DNA from: a virus
Taxonomy: Duplodnaviria > Caudoviricetes
Virus record (IMG/VR): IMGVR_UViG_3300033463_000079
Coordinates: 1-64,000 of that record
DNA: 64,000 nucleotides
Direction: 5' to 3' (one strand)
Shown: positions 46,153 through 55,104 of the stretch, one piece after another
How the letters are laid out: each line of letters opens with the position of its first letter
Position numbering within the stretch: the stretch's first letter is position 1
The notes under the pieces: model-generated
Seen by the model: only the letters and a program-made list of their open reading frames with translations
Databases searched by the model: none
Told to the model about the DNA's origin: nothing
Translations under genes and position numbers: made by a program

Positions 46153-46509
46153 ATGATTAGGGATTGGGCAGAGAAAGAACTTAATATGGATTACTCCAAC
46201 ATCGGAGTCGTGTGTAGTGACATAGACTTGTTCCACGTTACTCCCGCAGGGTTCTTGATTCTCGGTGAGATAAAGAATCTCAAAGGTGAGTTTAAGCAGG
46301 GGCAGAAAGCACTTTTATCCAAGATTGTCGATGCGCACAAATACGGCGGTACAGTCTTATTCATTACACACGACAAAGATGTCCATTCGGGAGACAAGGT
46401 TGTAGATGTGGCGGATTGCCTCGTTGAAGAATACTACTGGAATGGAGAGTGGATAACCCCATATAGGTTTATAACAGTTAAAGATGCTATGAGAAAGTTA
46501 GAGAGGTAA
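46153..46509 (+). CDS. PD-(D/E)xK-like hypothetical protein
   Basis: SDID...LILGEIK. Confidence 0.5.
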   Translation: MIRDWAEKELNMDYSNIGVVCSDIDLFHVTPAGFLILGEIKNLKGEFKQGQKALLSKIVDAHKYGGTVLFITHDKDVHSGDKVVDVADCLVEEYYWNGEWITPYRFITVKDAMRKLER

Positions 46510-46514
46510 AGAGA

Positions 46515-47288
46515 ATGAAAGAGACTGGTTACAACATTTATGAGACAACCAACTACTCTATGTTCAAGAGCATGGAGGGCAACAGAGCCGTTACAGACGG
46601 CAGAGTAAGCAAAATCGTTGAGTCCATCAACAAGGTTGGATATGTCCTGTCGCCGATTCTCGTCAACGAGAAGATGGAAGTCATTGACGGACAGGGCAGA
46701 CTGTCGGCATTAGAGAGACTGCGCCTACCTGTGCATTATATGATACAGGACGGCATAGGAATCAACGAGTGTATTCAGATGAATATTCATCAGAGCAATT
46801 GGGGTCTCACAGACTTCGTAAAATCCTACGCGATACGAGGCAACGAGAACTACCAGAGACTGCAGAGTCTATTGGATATTTACAAAGAGTTACCGACAGG
46901 CACAGTAATCATGTGCGCTACAGGAAACAACTACACGCATAGTGGGTGGTTGAACGCGAGACTAAAGAATGGAAAGGTGGAAGTCTCGGAGAAAGATTAT
47001 GAACGCGCAAGATGGGAACTTGACTACTGCCTAAAGACACGGCAGGCGGCGAAGACCATCGGTGGGAAGAAAGAGCCGTTCTACGGCGCGGTGGTATACG
47101 CATATAGAAATCTCTCTTCCGAGGGCAGAAACAGAATGGAAGACATAATAAGACAGCATGCTTATGACTTTCCAAGCCTTACGAAACCTGTGGAATACCT
47201 CAAGAGGTTTGATGGTTTCTACAACGCAGGAGTGACAAAGGCAAAGAGAATCAAACTCGCGGTACAATGGGAAATTGACACGATGTAA
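46515..47288 (+). CDS. ParB-like N-terminal domain protein
   Basis: GNRAV...SI..VGY.LSPILVNE..EVIDGQGRL. Confidence 0.75.
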   Translation: MKETGYNIYETTNYSMFKSMEGNRAVTDGRVSKIVESINKVGYVLSPILVNEKMEVIDGQGRLSALERLRLPVHYMIQDGIGINECIQMNIHQSNWGLTDFVKSYAIRGNENYQRLQSLLDIYKELPTGTVIMCATGNNYTHSGWLNARLKNGKVEVSEKDYERARWELDYCLKTRQAAKTIGGKKEPFYGAVVYAYRNLSSEGRNRMEDIIRQHAYDFPSLTKPVEYLKRFDGFYNAGVTKAKRIKLAVQWEIDTM

Positions 47289-47349
47289 CTAATTGTGAGG
47301 GGTTGTATGAAAAACCATATAACCCCTCGAAAGAAAAGGAGAAAAGAAA

Positions 47350-47570
47350 TGAATTGGAGAGAATATTTGAAGAAGATAATAAACGAGGCGGTAGACAGTC
47401 AGTATGACAAAGGATATATCGCGGGGTACAATGCCCACAAGATAGAAGACAAGAATGAGCGTGACCACAACCTGTTAGACCTTTACAGAAGAGGGTATCA
47501 GCAGGGCTACGCAGACGCGCAGGCAGAGATTGGCGAGATAACCATTGATGATTTGGGGGCGATGGAGTGA
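47350..47570 (+). CDS. hypothetical protein (YDKGY...YQQGY repeats)
   Basis: ORF track; aaggag RBS before MNWREY. Confidence 0.6.
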
Positions 47571-47890
47571 CAGACTTAATATCAAGAGCCGATGCGATAG
47601 AGGCGGTGTGCCGTGAAATATGCGATACAAGGCGTGATAAATGTGAAACAATGGCAGACGGAAATTGCGGAATTATACAACGATTAGAGGCACTACCATC
47701 AGCCGATGCCGTACATGGTGAGTGGGAACATTGGGGAAGTCCGTTCAGCGATGAGAGCGAAGTCATAGACACCATTGTGTGTTCAGTATGTGGAGCAAGA
47801 TTCATTGAGCCGAAAGACGAGCCAAAAGGGGAGTACAACTATTGTCCATCGTGCGGAGCGAGAATGTACAAAGGCGGTGATGATGAATGA
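47567..47890 (+). CDS. Zn-ribbon phage protein
   Basis: DLISRADAI...CSVCG...YNYCPSCGARM; paralogous motifs to 133-693. Confidence 0.75.
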   Translation: MTDLISRADAIEAVCREICDTRRDKCETMADGNCGIIQRLEALPSADAVHGEWEHWGSPFSDESEVIDTIVCSVCGARFIEPKDEPKGEYNYCPSCGARMYKGGDDE

Positions 47891-48099
47891 TTGTTGTTTG
47901 CCACGAAGATGATTATTTTGAGAAAACACCAATAGAAAAGCAAAGAGTGTGTTGCAACTGTCGCAACCGCAAAACAAGCGAAATAGTAAGCAAGTGTATG
48001 ATAGACGGACACTACATTGGATATGTTCAATGCTTCACTAATTGGTGCAGACATTGGGCAACGGACGAATTGAAATGGATAGGCGGTGATTCAGAATGA
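47887..48099 (+). CDS. small Cys-rich protein
   Basis: ORF track. Confidence 0.6.
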   Translation: MIVVCHEDDYFEKTPIEKQRVCCNCRNRKTSEIVSKCMIDGHYIGYVQCFTNWCRHWATDELKWIGGDSE

Positions 48100-48314
48100 G
48101 ATTACCACAAGATAGGATACTACATATAGATACAGAACTTGCTGGAGATGAAGTGCGAGTTGTGGCAGAGTGTCAAGGCGAATTGGTGCGGTGTAAGGAT
48201 TGCCGACACTATCTTATAGATGAATTTACTGCTACAACGGGGTGGTGTTATGAGATAAAGAATAGCGTAAATGAAGACGATTTCTGTTCATACGGAGAAA
48301 GGAGAAAGCCATGA
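48096..48314 (+). CDS. small protein of the ELVRCKDC...DDFCSYGERR family
   Basis: Characteristic motif. Confidence 0.75.
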   Translation: MRLPQDRILHIDTELAGDEVRVVAECQGELVRCKDCRHYLIDEFTATTGWCYEIKNSVNEDDFCSYGERRKP

Positions 48315-48478
48315 TTTGCTACCAAGATAAAACATTCTGCATAAGGGATTGTGCCAATATGAAGTGCAGTATCAACAAGAAGAACATCAACAAACCGAAA
48401 GACCTTGAATGGATGCCAATATCATACTCTGACTTCAAGGACTGCGATAGGTACAAGGCAGAAAGGAGAGAGCCATGA
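48311..48478 (+). CDS. small Cys-rich protein (55 aa) spanning the 127-bp repeat
   Basis: MICYQDKTFCIRDCANMKC...; TGA overlaps the next ATG in both continuations. Confidence 0.7.
   Translation: MICYQDKTFCIRDCANMKCSINKKNINKPKDLEWMPISYSDFKDCDRYKAERREP
48343..48469 (+). repeat. 127-bp exact direct repeat, copy 2 (junction of phage A and phage B)
   Basis: Identical to 1-127. Confidence 0.95.
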
Positions 48479-48681
48479 CAATAGCATTAGCATTGTGGTG
48501 CATTGCAATATGTGAAGCAATAAGACTTTTACAGAATACGTTGCAGCTCATCATGTCCCAGAAAGACCTTAATGCAAGGTTATTATCCAACAGACGTTAT
48601 ATCGACGGACTTAATGAGCTTGATAAGATGTTGAATGAAATAAGGGAGAATGAGGATCATGAAACTATTAATCACAATTGA
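48475..48681 (+). CDS. small membrane-anchored hypothetical protein
   Basis: ORF track. Confidence 0.6.
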   Translation: MTIALALWCIAICEAIRLLQNTLQLIMSQKDLNARLLSNRRYIDGLNELDKMLNEIRENEDHETINHN

Positions 48682-48832
48682 CGGAGAACCAAAAGAAGTA
48701 GCACAGTTTCTGAAGGAAATTGGTAAGGAAGAGAAGAGAGTCACAAACATTTCCACAGGAACGGAAGGAAAACATCCTGGTGCATCGACTTCATACACAT
48801 ACCTGCAAGGCGCAGGAGAACCGAGATATTAA
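48650..48832 (+). CDS. hypothetical protein
   Basis: ORF track. Confidence 0.5.
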   Translation: MRIMKLLITIDGEPKEVAQFLKEIGKEEKRVTNISTGTEGKHPGASTSYTYLQGAGEPRY

Positions 48833-48867
48833 GTGTGGGAGAAAAAGAGAGTCTCCTTTGTTATCGT
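48831..48867 (+). promoter_or_regulatory. putative late-promoter motif AAGTGTGGGAGAAA...TATCGT
   Basis: 14-bp motif repeated at 52979 with a -10-like hexamer at the same +31 offset. Confidence 0.6.
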
Positions 48868-48892
48868 AAAAGGTGCAAAGGAGATTTTTATT

Positions 48893-49420
48893 GTGGCGAG
48901 GAAAGGAAGAGAACAATACGACTGGGAAGCAATACGGCACGAGTATGTTTCATCCGAGATGACTACGAAGGAACTGGCGGAGAAACACGGCATTCGTGTG
49001 CGTACTGTAGAGGACAGATGTGCGAAGGAAGGATGGGTTCAGCAGCGTAAGGACTTCGTCGCAAGGGTGGCGGAAAGGACGACCATTAAGGCGACGGAAA
49101 AAATCGCAGAGAGTCAGTCCGAGGTTTTAGCAAAGGTTCTGACGTGTGTGGATGTTGGAGCAGACAAGGCGCTGCAGCTCCTGGAAGGCGACGTCAGTGC
49201 AGCAGCATTGGAGCACATCATCAATTCACTTCAGGGTATCGAGAACATGGCACGGAGCATCCAGAGGATCCTCACGTTGCAGCAGGAACACAAGATGTAT
49301 ATCGAGAACGAGCGACTGAAGATGGATCAGCAGAGAGCGGAAGCATTTAATCCGGACAGCGAGATCGTGATCCGGATAGAAGGTGCGAAAGCATCCGACG
49401 TTGAGGAGTGGGCAAAGTGA
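48893..49420 (+). CDS. terminase small subunit (N-terminal HTH)
   Basis: YDWEAIRHEYV...KELAEKHGI..RTV..RCAKEGW; GTG 48893 after aaggag. Confidence 0.8.
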   Translation: MARKGREQYDWEAIRHEYVSSEMTTKELAEKHGIRVRTVEDRCAKEGWVQQRKDFVARVAERTTIKATEKIAESQSEVLAKVLTCVDVGADKALQLLEGDVSAAALEHIINSLQGIENMARSIQRILTLQQEHKMYIENERLKMDQQRAEAFNPDSEIVIRIEGAKASDVEEWAK

Positions 49421-50820
49421 TCAAGACCATTCCGAAACCAAATCCGAAGCAGGTGCAGTTTCTACAGGCACATCAGAAGTACGTGGGATACGGTGGTGCG
49501 AGAGGAGGCGGCAAGTCCTGGGCAGTCAGAACGAAGGCCATGCTGCTCGCAGCAAACTATCCTGGGATCAAGATGCTCATCGTGAGAAGGACTTATCCGG
49601 AGCTTGAAGGTAACCACATCGCAATACTGCGGAGTCTTACGGTCGGCATAGCACACTACAATTCAACGAACAAGGAACTGCGATTCGTGAATGGATCCAC
49701 CATCAAGTTCATGTACTGTGCGAAGGATGCGGATCTGGACAAGCTGCAAGGACTTGAGTACGACGTGATCTTCATCGATGAAGCGACGCATCTGTCCGAG
49801 TATCAGATGAAGGCCATCACTGCATGCTGCAGAGGAGTCAACAACTTTCCGAAGAGGATCTACTACACGACCAATCCAGGCGGACAAGGTCATGCGTACA
49901 TGAAGCGGATCTTCGTGGATCGACGGTTCAATGCGAGAGAGAATCCGGACGACTACATCTTCATCCAGGCGCTCGTAGATGACAACACGGCACTGATGAC
50001 ATATCAGCCGGAGTACGTCGAGCAGCTCGAAGCATTGCCGGAGAAGCTGCGGAAGGCATGGCGAGAAGGCCGGTGGGATGTCTTTGAAGGGCAGGTGTTT
50101 GGAGAGTTCCGAGACGAAGAGAGCGGATACAAGAACCAGAGATGGTCGCACGTGATAGATCCGTTTCCTATTCCGGAGTCCTGGCAGATCTACAGAGGAT
50201 TCGACTGGGGATATGCGAAGCCGTTCTCTGTCGGATGGTATGCATGCAGCCACAAGGGAGTCCTCTATAGGATCCGTGAACTGTACGGATGCACAGGCGA
50301 GGCCGACGTAGGTGTGGAATGGACTGCAGCGGAAGTCGGGCAGAAGATCTACGAGATCGAGCACACGGATCAGCAGCTCATCGGAAGGAATATACACGGC
50401 ATAGCAGATCCTGCCATATTCGCAGCGGATGGTGGCGAGAGTATCGCAGAGTCTTTGGAGAAGTGCCAGGTGTACTTCGACAAGGGAGATCATCAGAGGC
50501 TGCCGGGCAAGATGCAGTGCCACTATAGACTCGCATTTGATGAGAAGGGAAAGTCGATGTTCTACGTGTTCAAGACGTGTCCGAACTTTATCCGGACGAT
50601 ACCGGCACTCATCTATTCAGAGACAGATCCGGAAGACGTGGACACGCACATGGAAGATCACATCTACGACGAGTGGAGATACGTGTGCATGTCACGGCCT
50701 ATAGCTCCGAGGAAGAAGATCATCAAGAACGTACCGAGACCAGGCAGCGTGGAAGATCCACTGAACATGGTCAAGGACGAGTGGGAGAAAGAGAACTATT
50801 TCAACATAGAATTGTTTTAA
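49408..50820 (+). CDS. terL: terminase large subunit (PBSX-like)
   Basis: GGARGGGKS, FIDEATH, TTNPGG, RGFDWGY, EDHIYDEWRY. Confidence 0.95.
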   Translation: MGKVIKTIPKPNPKQVQFLQAHQKYVGYGGARGGGKSWAVRTKAMLLAANYPGIKMLIVRRTYPELEGNHIAILRSLTVGIAHYNSTNKELRFVNGSTIKFMYCAKDADLDKLQGLEYDVIFIDEATHLSEYQMKAITACCRGVNNFPKRIYYTTNPGGQGHAYMKRIFVDRRFNARENPDDYIFIQALVDDNTALMTYQPEYVEQLEALPEKLRKAWREGRWDVFEGQVFGEFRDEESGYKNQRWSHVIDPFPIPESWQIYRGFDWGYAKPFSVGWYACSHKGVLYRIRELYGCTGEADVGVEWTAAEVGQKIYEIEHTDQQLIGRNIHGIADPAIFAADGGESIAESLEKCQVYFDKGDHQRLPGKMQCHYRLAFDEKGKSMFYVFKTCPNFIRTIPALIYSETDPEDVDTHMEDHIYDEWRYVCMSRPIAPRKKIIKNVPRPGSVEDPLNMVKDEWEKENYFNIELF

Positions 50821-50831
50821 GGAGATAGCAA

Positions 50832-52694
50832 ATGGATTTAGAAAAGACGACAGTGATCGGCAGAGACGAGATTCTTGAGGCCGATGAGATCCTGAAGAAG
50901 TACAAGTCAGGCAAGGAGAGCATCGATGCCAAGGTCACAGAGAACCAGGAGTGGTGGCGGCAGCGACACTGGGAACAGATCAAGAAGGGCGACACGACGG
51001 TAAGGGATGAGTCGAGGCCTGTATCCGCCTGGATGTTCAACAGTATCATCAACAAGCATGCGGACATCATGGACAACTATCCGAAGCCGAACATCCTTCC
51101 GAGATCAGAAGAGGACGCAGAGTATGCGGAGAGACTGACGGACATCATTCCGGTCACGCTGACGAGATGCCACTACAAACAGGTATACTCGAAGGCCGGT
51201 TACGACATCCAGATCGAAGGCGGACGTGCGACCGGTGTGTTCTGGGATCAGACTCTGGACAATGGCATGGGCGGCAACGTGGTCAAGAACTGCGACGTGC
51301 ATAACCTATTCTGGGAGCCAGGTGTCGAGGATATCCAGGACTCTGCGAACTTCTTCAACGTGACGCTGATGGACGTTGACGACATGAAGGTCATGTATCC
51401 GGAACATGCGGAAGAGCTGAAGCCGCTCGATGCAGGAACCGTCGCCAAGTACGTACATGACGACAACATTGATACGACAAATAGCTGCGAGGTAGTGGAC
51501 TGGTATTACAAGAAGGTAGTCATGGTGGAAGGCATCACGGACGAGATGGGCAGAAGTCTGTACACGTCTCCGAAGACCGTGCTGCATTACGTCAAATACT
51601 GCGGCGACGTGGTTCTATATGCATCAGAGGACGATCCGGCATGTGCGGAAGGTTACTACCATCACGGACTGTATCCATTCGTCATCAAGCCGCTGTTCCC
51701 GGTCAAGGATACTCCTTGGGGATTCGGTTACGTTGACGTCATGAAGAGTCCGCAGAAGTACATCGACGTGGTAGACGAAGCCATCCTGAAGAATGCCAGG
51801 ATGAAGACGACTCCGAGATACTTCGTGAAGAAGTCGGCGGAGATAGATCTCAACACGTTTGCGGACTGGTCAAAGCTCATCATCCCGGTATCCGGATCGG
51901 ATCTGGACGACGTGCTGAAACCGGTGGACGTGGACTCGATACCACATGCGGTAATGGCATATCAGCAGAACAAGATCGACGAACTGAAGGAGACGTCCGG
52001 AAACAGAGATTTCTCACAGGGATCCACAGCAGCAGGAGTCACGGCAGCATCCGCAATCGCATCACTGCAGGAAGCCGGATCCAAGTTAGCACGAGATCTG
52101 AATGCGATCCTCTATGATGCACATCAGGAAGAAGTCTACATGATGGTCGAGAACCTTCGTCAGTTTGCTGACAGGCCGCAGTCGTATCGTGTGGACGACG
52201 GTGCAGGCGGATTCAGATTCGTGGAGCTTGACACATCTCTGATCCAGGATTCAGTGTTCGACGTTGAGATCGTGGCGGAGAAGCAGAGTCCGTTCTCAAG
52301 AGCAGCGCAGAACGAGACTGCAAAGGAGATGTACTCGATGGGTATGTTTGCTCCGGAGAATGCGCTCGCTACACTGGCATGCCTGGACATGATGCAGTTT
52401 GAAGGGATTGAGGAAGTGAAGCAGAACGTAATGCAGAATTCAGAGTTCCTTCAGCAGTTCCAACAGATGCAGGCGCTCATACTTGAAGCGGATGCGTATC
52501 TTCCTGGACTTGCTATGCAGGCAGGACTCATTGATCCGCAGCAGGTACAGATGGCAGCGCAGGAAGAACAGGAACGTGGGATGCTTGGCAAGAACGGCAT
52601 GACAGCAAATGAGAGAGCTGCCAGGACGGACACTGACACGACACTTATGGCAAAGGCGAGAGTGAAGGCCGCAAATCAGGCCTCGATAGGATAA
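50832..52694 (+). CDS. portal protein
   Basis: 620 aa after terL; NSIINKHADIMDNYP, LKETSGNRDFSQG...TAASAIASLQEAG. Confidence 0.9.
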   Translation: MDLEKTTVIGRDEILEADEILKKYKSGKESIDAKVTENQEWWRQRHWEQIKKGDTTVRDESRPVSAWMFNSIINKHADIMDNYPKPNILPRSEEDAEYAERLTDIIPVTLTRCHYKQVYSKAGYDIQIEGGRATGVFWDQTLDNGMGGNVVKNCDVHNLFWEPGVEDIQDSANFFNVTLMDVDDMKVMYPEHAEELKPLDAGTVAKYVHDDNIDTTNSCEVVDWYYKKVVMVEGITDEMGRSLYTSPKTVLHYVKYCGDVVLYASEDDPACAEGYYHHGLYPFVIKPLFPVKDTPWGFGYVDVMKSPQKYIDVVDEAILKNARMKTTPRYFVKKSAEIDLNTFADWSKLIIPVSGSDLDDVLKPVDVDSIPHAVMAYQQNKIDELKETSGNRDFSQGSTAAGVTAASAIASLQEAGSKLARDLNAILYDAHQEEVYMMVENLRQFADRPQSYRVDDGAGGFRFVELDTSLIQDSVFDVEIVAEKQSPFSRAAQNETAKEMYSMGMFAPENALATLACLDMMQFEGIEEVKQNVMQNSEFLQQFQQMQALILEADAYLPGLAMQAGLIDPQQVQMAAQEEQERGMLGKNGMTANERAARTDTDTTLMAKARVKAANQASIG

Positions 52695-52978
52695 TGACAA
52701 AGATAATCATCAGCGCCGGAGACGACGGTGGATCCTTCTTCTTCGACTGCGAGAACCATTCCGGAGATCACGACGTCTGCACGATAGCATCGACGCTGTG
52801 CAATGTAGTGGTACAGAGATGCATGGACATGGGGTTCGAGATCGACACATACGAACCTGGACACGTGCGGATCTGCGGAGACAAATGCGACGAAGGAACG
52901 AACGTCGTTCTGCGTACAGTTCTCAAGGTATTCGAGGAGATGGAGCGTCAGAATCCGGACAACGTGAAAGTTTATTAA
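52694..52978 (+). CDS. prp: Prp-like cysteine protease (ribosomal-protein L27 / capsid processing)
   Basis: NHSGDHDVCTIAS retains the His and Cys of the GH...D.VC motif; slot between portal and scaffold. Confidence 0.7.
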   Translation: MTKIIISAGDDGGSFFFDCENHSGDHDVCTIASTLCNVVVQRCMDMGFEIDTYEPGHVRICGDKCDEGTNVVLRTVLKVFEEMERQNPDNVKVY

Positions 52979-53015
52979 AAGTGTGGGAGAAATCCGCTTC
53001 ACTTTTGATTATATT
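52979..53015 (+). promoter_or_regulatory. putative late-promoter motif AAGTGTGGGAGAAA...TATATT
   Basis: Second copy of the 48831 motif. Confidence 0.6.
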
Positions 53016-53069
53016 AGACTCATCAATTCAGAGGTCGCATCTCTATAAAAATGCAGAGAGGAGAATTGA

Positions 53070-53996
53070 ATGAATAATTTAAGAATGCGTTTCGATCTGT
53101 TCGACGATGGCGGAGACGGAATCGGAACGGCAGCCAGTGAATTCGCATCATCCTTGGGGATCGATGTGAGTGATCTTACTTCGCAGCCAGACGATACTGC
53201 ACCACAGGTGGTATATGGCAAGGACGGAGAAGATAGTCCAGTCGGCTCGGACGAACCGGAACAGGAACCGGCATCAAATCCTGAAGAAGAGTTCGCTAAA
53301 CTGATAGGCAAAGGCGGAAAGTACGAAGAGGCATATGCCAACCGTGTGCAGGAGACGATCCAGAATCGTTTCAAGAATGCGACAGACTGGGAAGGTGTGA
53401 CGAGTGCATACGAGCAGGCGACAGCTCCATTGTACATGAAGTACGGCCTGGAAGTAGGCGACGTGGAAGGACTGCAGAAGGCAATCGAGACGGACGACGA
53501 TCTGTACGCAAGACTTGCCGAGCAGGACGGTGTAACGACAGACAAATACAGAGAGAACGTCAAGCTGCGGCTCGATGCACAACGTGGCAGAGAAATGCAG
53601 GAAGAGTTCGCAAAAGAGAGACAGAGACGTCAGATGTACGAGAAGTGGGATGCTGAAGCGGAAGAGCTGAAAGAGGCATTCCCGAACTTTGATCTCATGG
53701 CAGAACTACAGAATCCGCAGTTCGCAGCGCTCCTGGATACCGGCAACTTCGGTGTGAAGGATGCGTTCATGGCATGTCACGTCAACGACATTCTCGAAGG
53801 TAACCAGGAGTACACCAGGAAGCAGACAAGGGAAGACGTAGCACAGAAGCTCGCATCGAATGCCAGAAGGCCGGTGGAGAATGCGATGTCGCACAATCCT
53901 GCGGTCGTAAGGAAAGCAGATCCATCCAAACTAACCGATGAAGACATGGACAAGATCTTCGAGATCGTCCGGAACGGCGGCACGGTTTCGTTCTAA
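53070..53996 (+). CDS. scaffolding protein
   Basis: MRFDLFD N-terminus, acidic coiled coil, FPNFDLMAEL, RPVENA. Confidence 0.85.
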   Translation: MNNLRMRFDLFDDGGDGIGTAASEFASSLGIDVSDLTSQPDDTAPQVVYGKDGEDSPVGSDEPEQEPASNPEEEFAKLIGKGGKYEEAYANRVQETIQNRFKNATDWEGVTSAYEQATAPLYMKYGLEVGDVEGLQKAIETDDDLYARLAEQDGVTTDKYRENVKLRLDAQRGREMQEEFAKERQRRQMYEKWDAEAEELKEAFPNFDLMAELQNPQFAALLDTGNFGVKDAFMACHVNDILEGNQEYTRKQTREDVAQKLASNARRPVENAMSHNPAVVRKADPSKLTDEDMDKIFEIVRNGGTVSF

Positions 53997-54031
53997 AGCT
54001 CTCTTGTCCATAGGATGAAGGGAGAATAGAC

Positions 54032-55099
54032 ATGAATGATTTCATCATGAATTTCCATCTGTTTGACGACGATGGCAGAGGCACAAGTCCTCTCAATGTA
54101 AACTGGACAGGTCAGACAGGCGCAGGCCAGGATCTGTCTCCGGAAATGAAGACGTTCTATGACAGAGCGCTTCTGAAATGTGCAGAACCAAACCTGATCC
54201 ATGATCAGTTTGGACAGAAGAGGCCAATCCCAAAGGGAAGCGGCAAGACGATTGAGTTCCGTAAGTTCTCATCACTGCCGAAGGCTCTCACTCCACTGAC
54301 TGAAGGTGTAACTCCGATCGGTCAGAAATACAGCGTAACAGCCATCACTGCCACTGTACAGCAGTATGGTGCTTACATCGCAGTATCCGACATGCTGCAG
54401 CTCACTGCATTCGATAACAACATGGCAGAGATCACAAGAATCCTTGGATCCCAGGCCGGCAGAACTTCCGACACTATCACGAGAGAAGTCCTGGCAGCAG
54501 GAACCAATGTATTCTACATCGGCACGAGTGCAGACGAACCATCAGACATCGGAGCTAACGACGTACTGACTGTGGACGCTATCAAGAAGGCCGTCACTTT
54601 CCTGAAGAGAAACAATGCGACTCCGATCCAGGGCGGCGACTTCGTTGCAATCGTACATCCTGATACCGTATACGATCTGTGGAACGATCAGAAGTGGGAA
54701 GAAGCATCCAAGTATGCCGGATCCACACAGATCTTCAACGGCGAGGTAGGCAGACTGTACGGATGCAGATTTGTTGAAACCACTGAAGCCAAGATCTGGC
54801 CTGCCAATGATGCACACGGCAACACTGTTGACGACTACGGCACACTGGTACTGGCGGCAGACGCATTCGGTGTAACATCCATCAACAACGGCGGAATCGA
54901 GACCATCACGAAGCAGCTTGGCAGTGGCGGTACAGCAGATCCGCTCAACCAGAGAGCTACCATCGGATGGAAACTGAACAAGGTAGCAAAGATCCTTGCC
55001 AATGAGTTCATGGTAAGAATCGAGCACACGACCAAGTTCGCAAGTCCGATCGAAGAGGAAGGCGGATCATCCGGCGGATCCTCAAGCTCAAGCTCATAG
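54032..55099 (+). CDS. major capsid protein (N4-gp56 family) with C-terminal GGSSGGSSSSSS tail
   Basis: EMKTFYDRALL...HDQFGQKRPIPKGSGKTIEFRKF...DPLNQRATIGWK. Confidence 0.92.
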   Translation: MNDFIMNFHLFDDDGRGTSPLNVNWTGQTGAGQDLSPEMKTFYDRALLKCAEPNLIHDQFGQKRPIPKGSGKTIEFRKFSSLPKALTPLTEGVTPIGQKYSVTAITATVQQYGAYIAVSDMLQLTAFDNNMAEITRILGSQAGRTSDTITREVLAAGTNVFYIGTSADEPSDIGANDVLTVDAIKKAVTFLKRNNATPIQGGDFVAIVHPDTVYDLWNDQKWEEASKYAGSTQIFNGEVGRLYGCRFVETTEAKIWPANDAHGNTVDDYGTLVLAADAFGVTSINNGGIETITKQLGSGGTADPLNQRATIGWKLNKVAKILANEFMVRIEHTTKFASPIEEEGGSSGGSSSSSS

Positions 55100-55104
55100 T
55101 TCAT

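Larger units (their letters stand above)
1..48342. mobile_element. Phage A: apparently complete circular genome of a podovirus-like Firmicutes phage
   Basis: Bases 1-127 recur exactly at 48343-48469, and the gene starting at 48311 reads correctly across the join. Terminase, portal, scaffold, capsid, nozzle, lysis and replication genes each occur once. No tape measure or tail tube recognised. Confidence 0.85.

Noticed and set aside
46515-47288. ParB-like gene as proof of plasmid-type partitioning
   Set aside because: No ParA or parS array seen; ParB N-terminal domains are common in phage replication regions with other roles.
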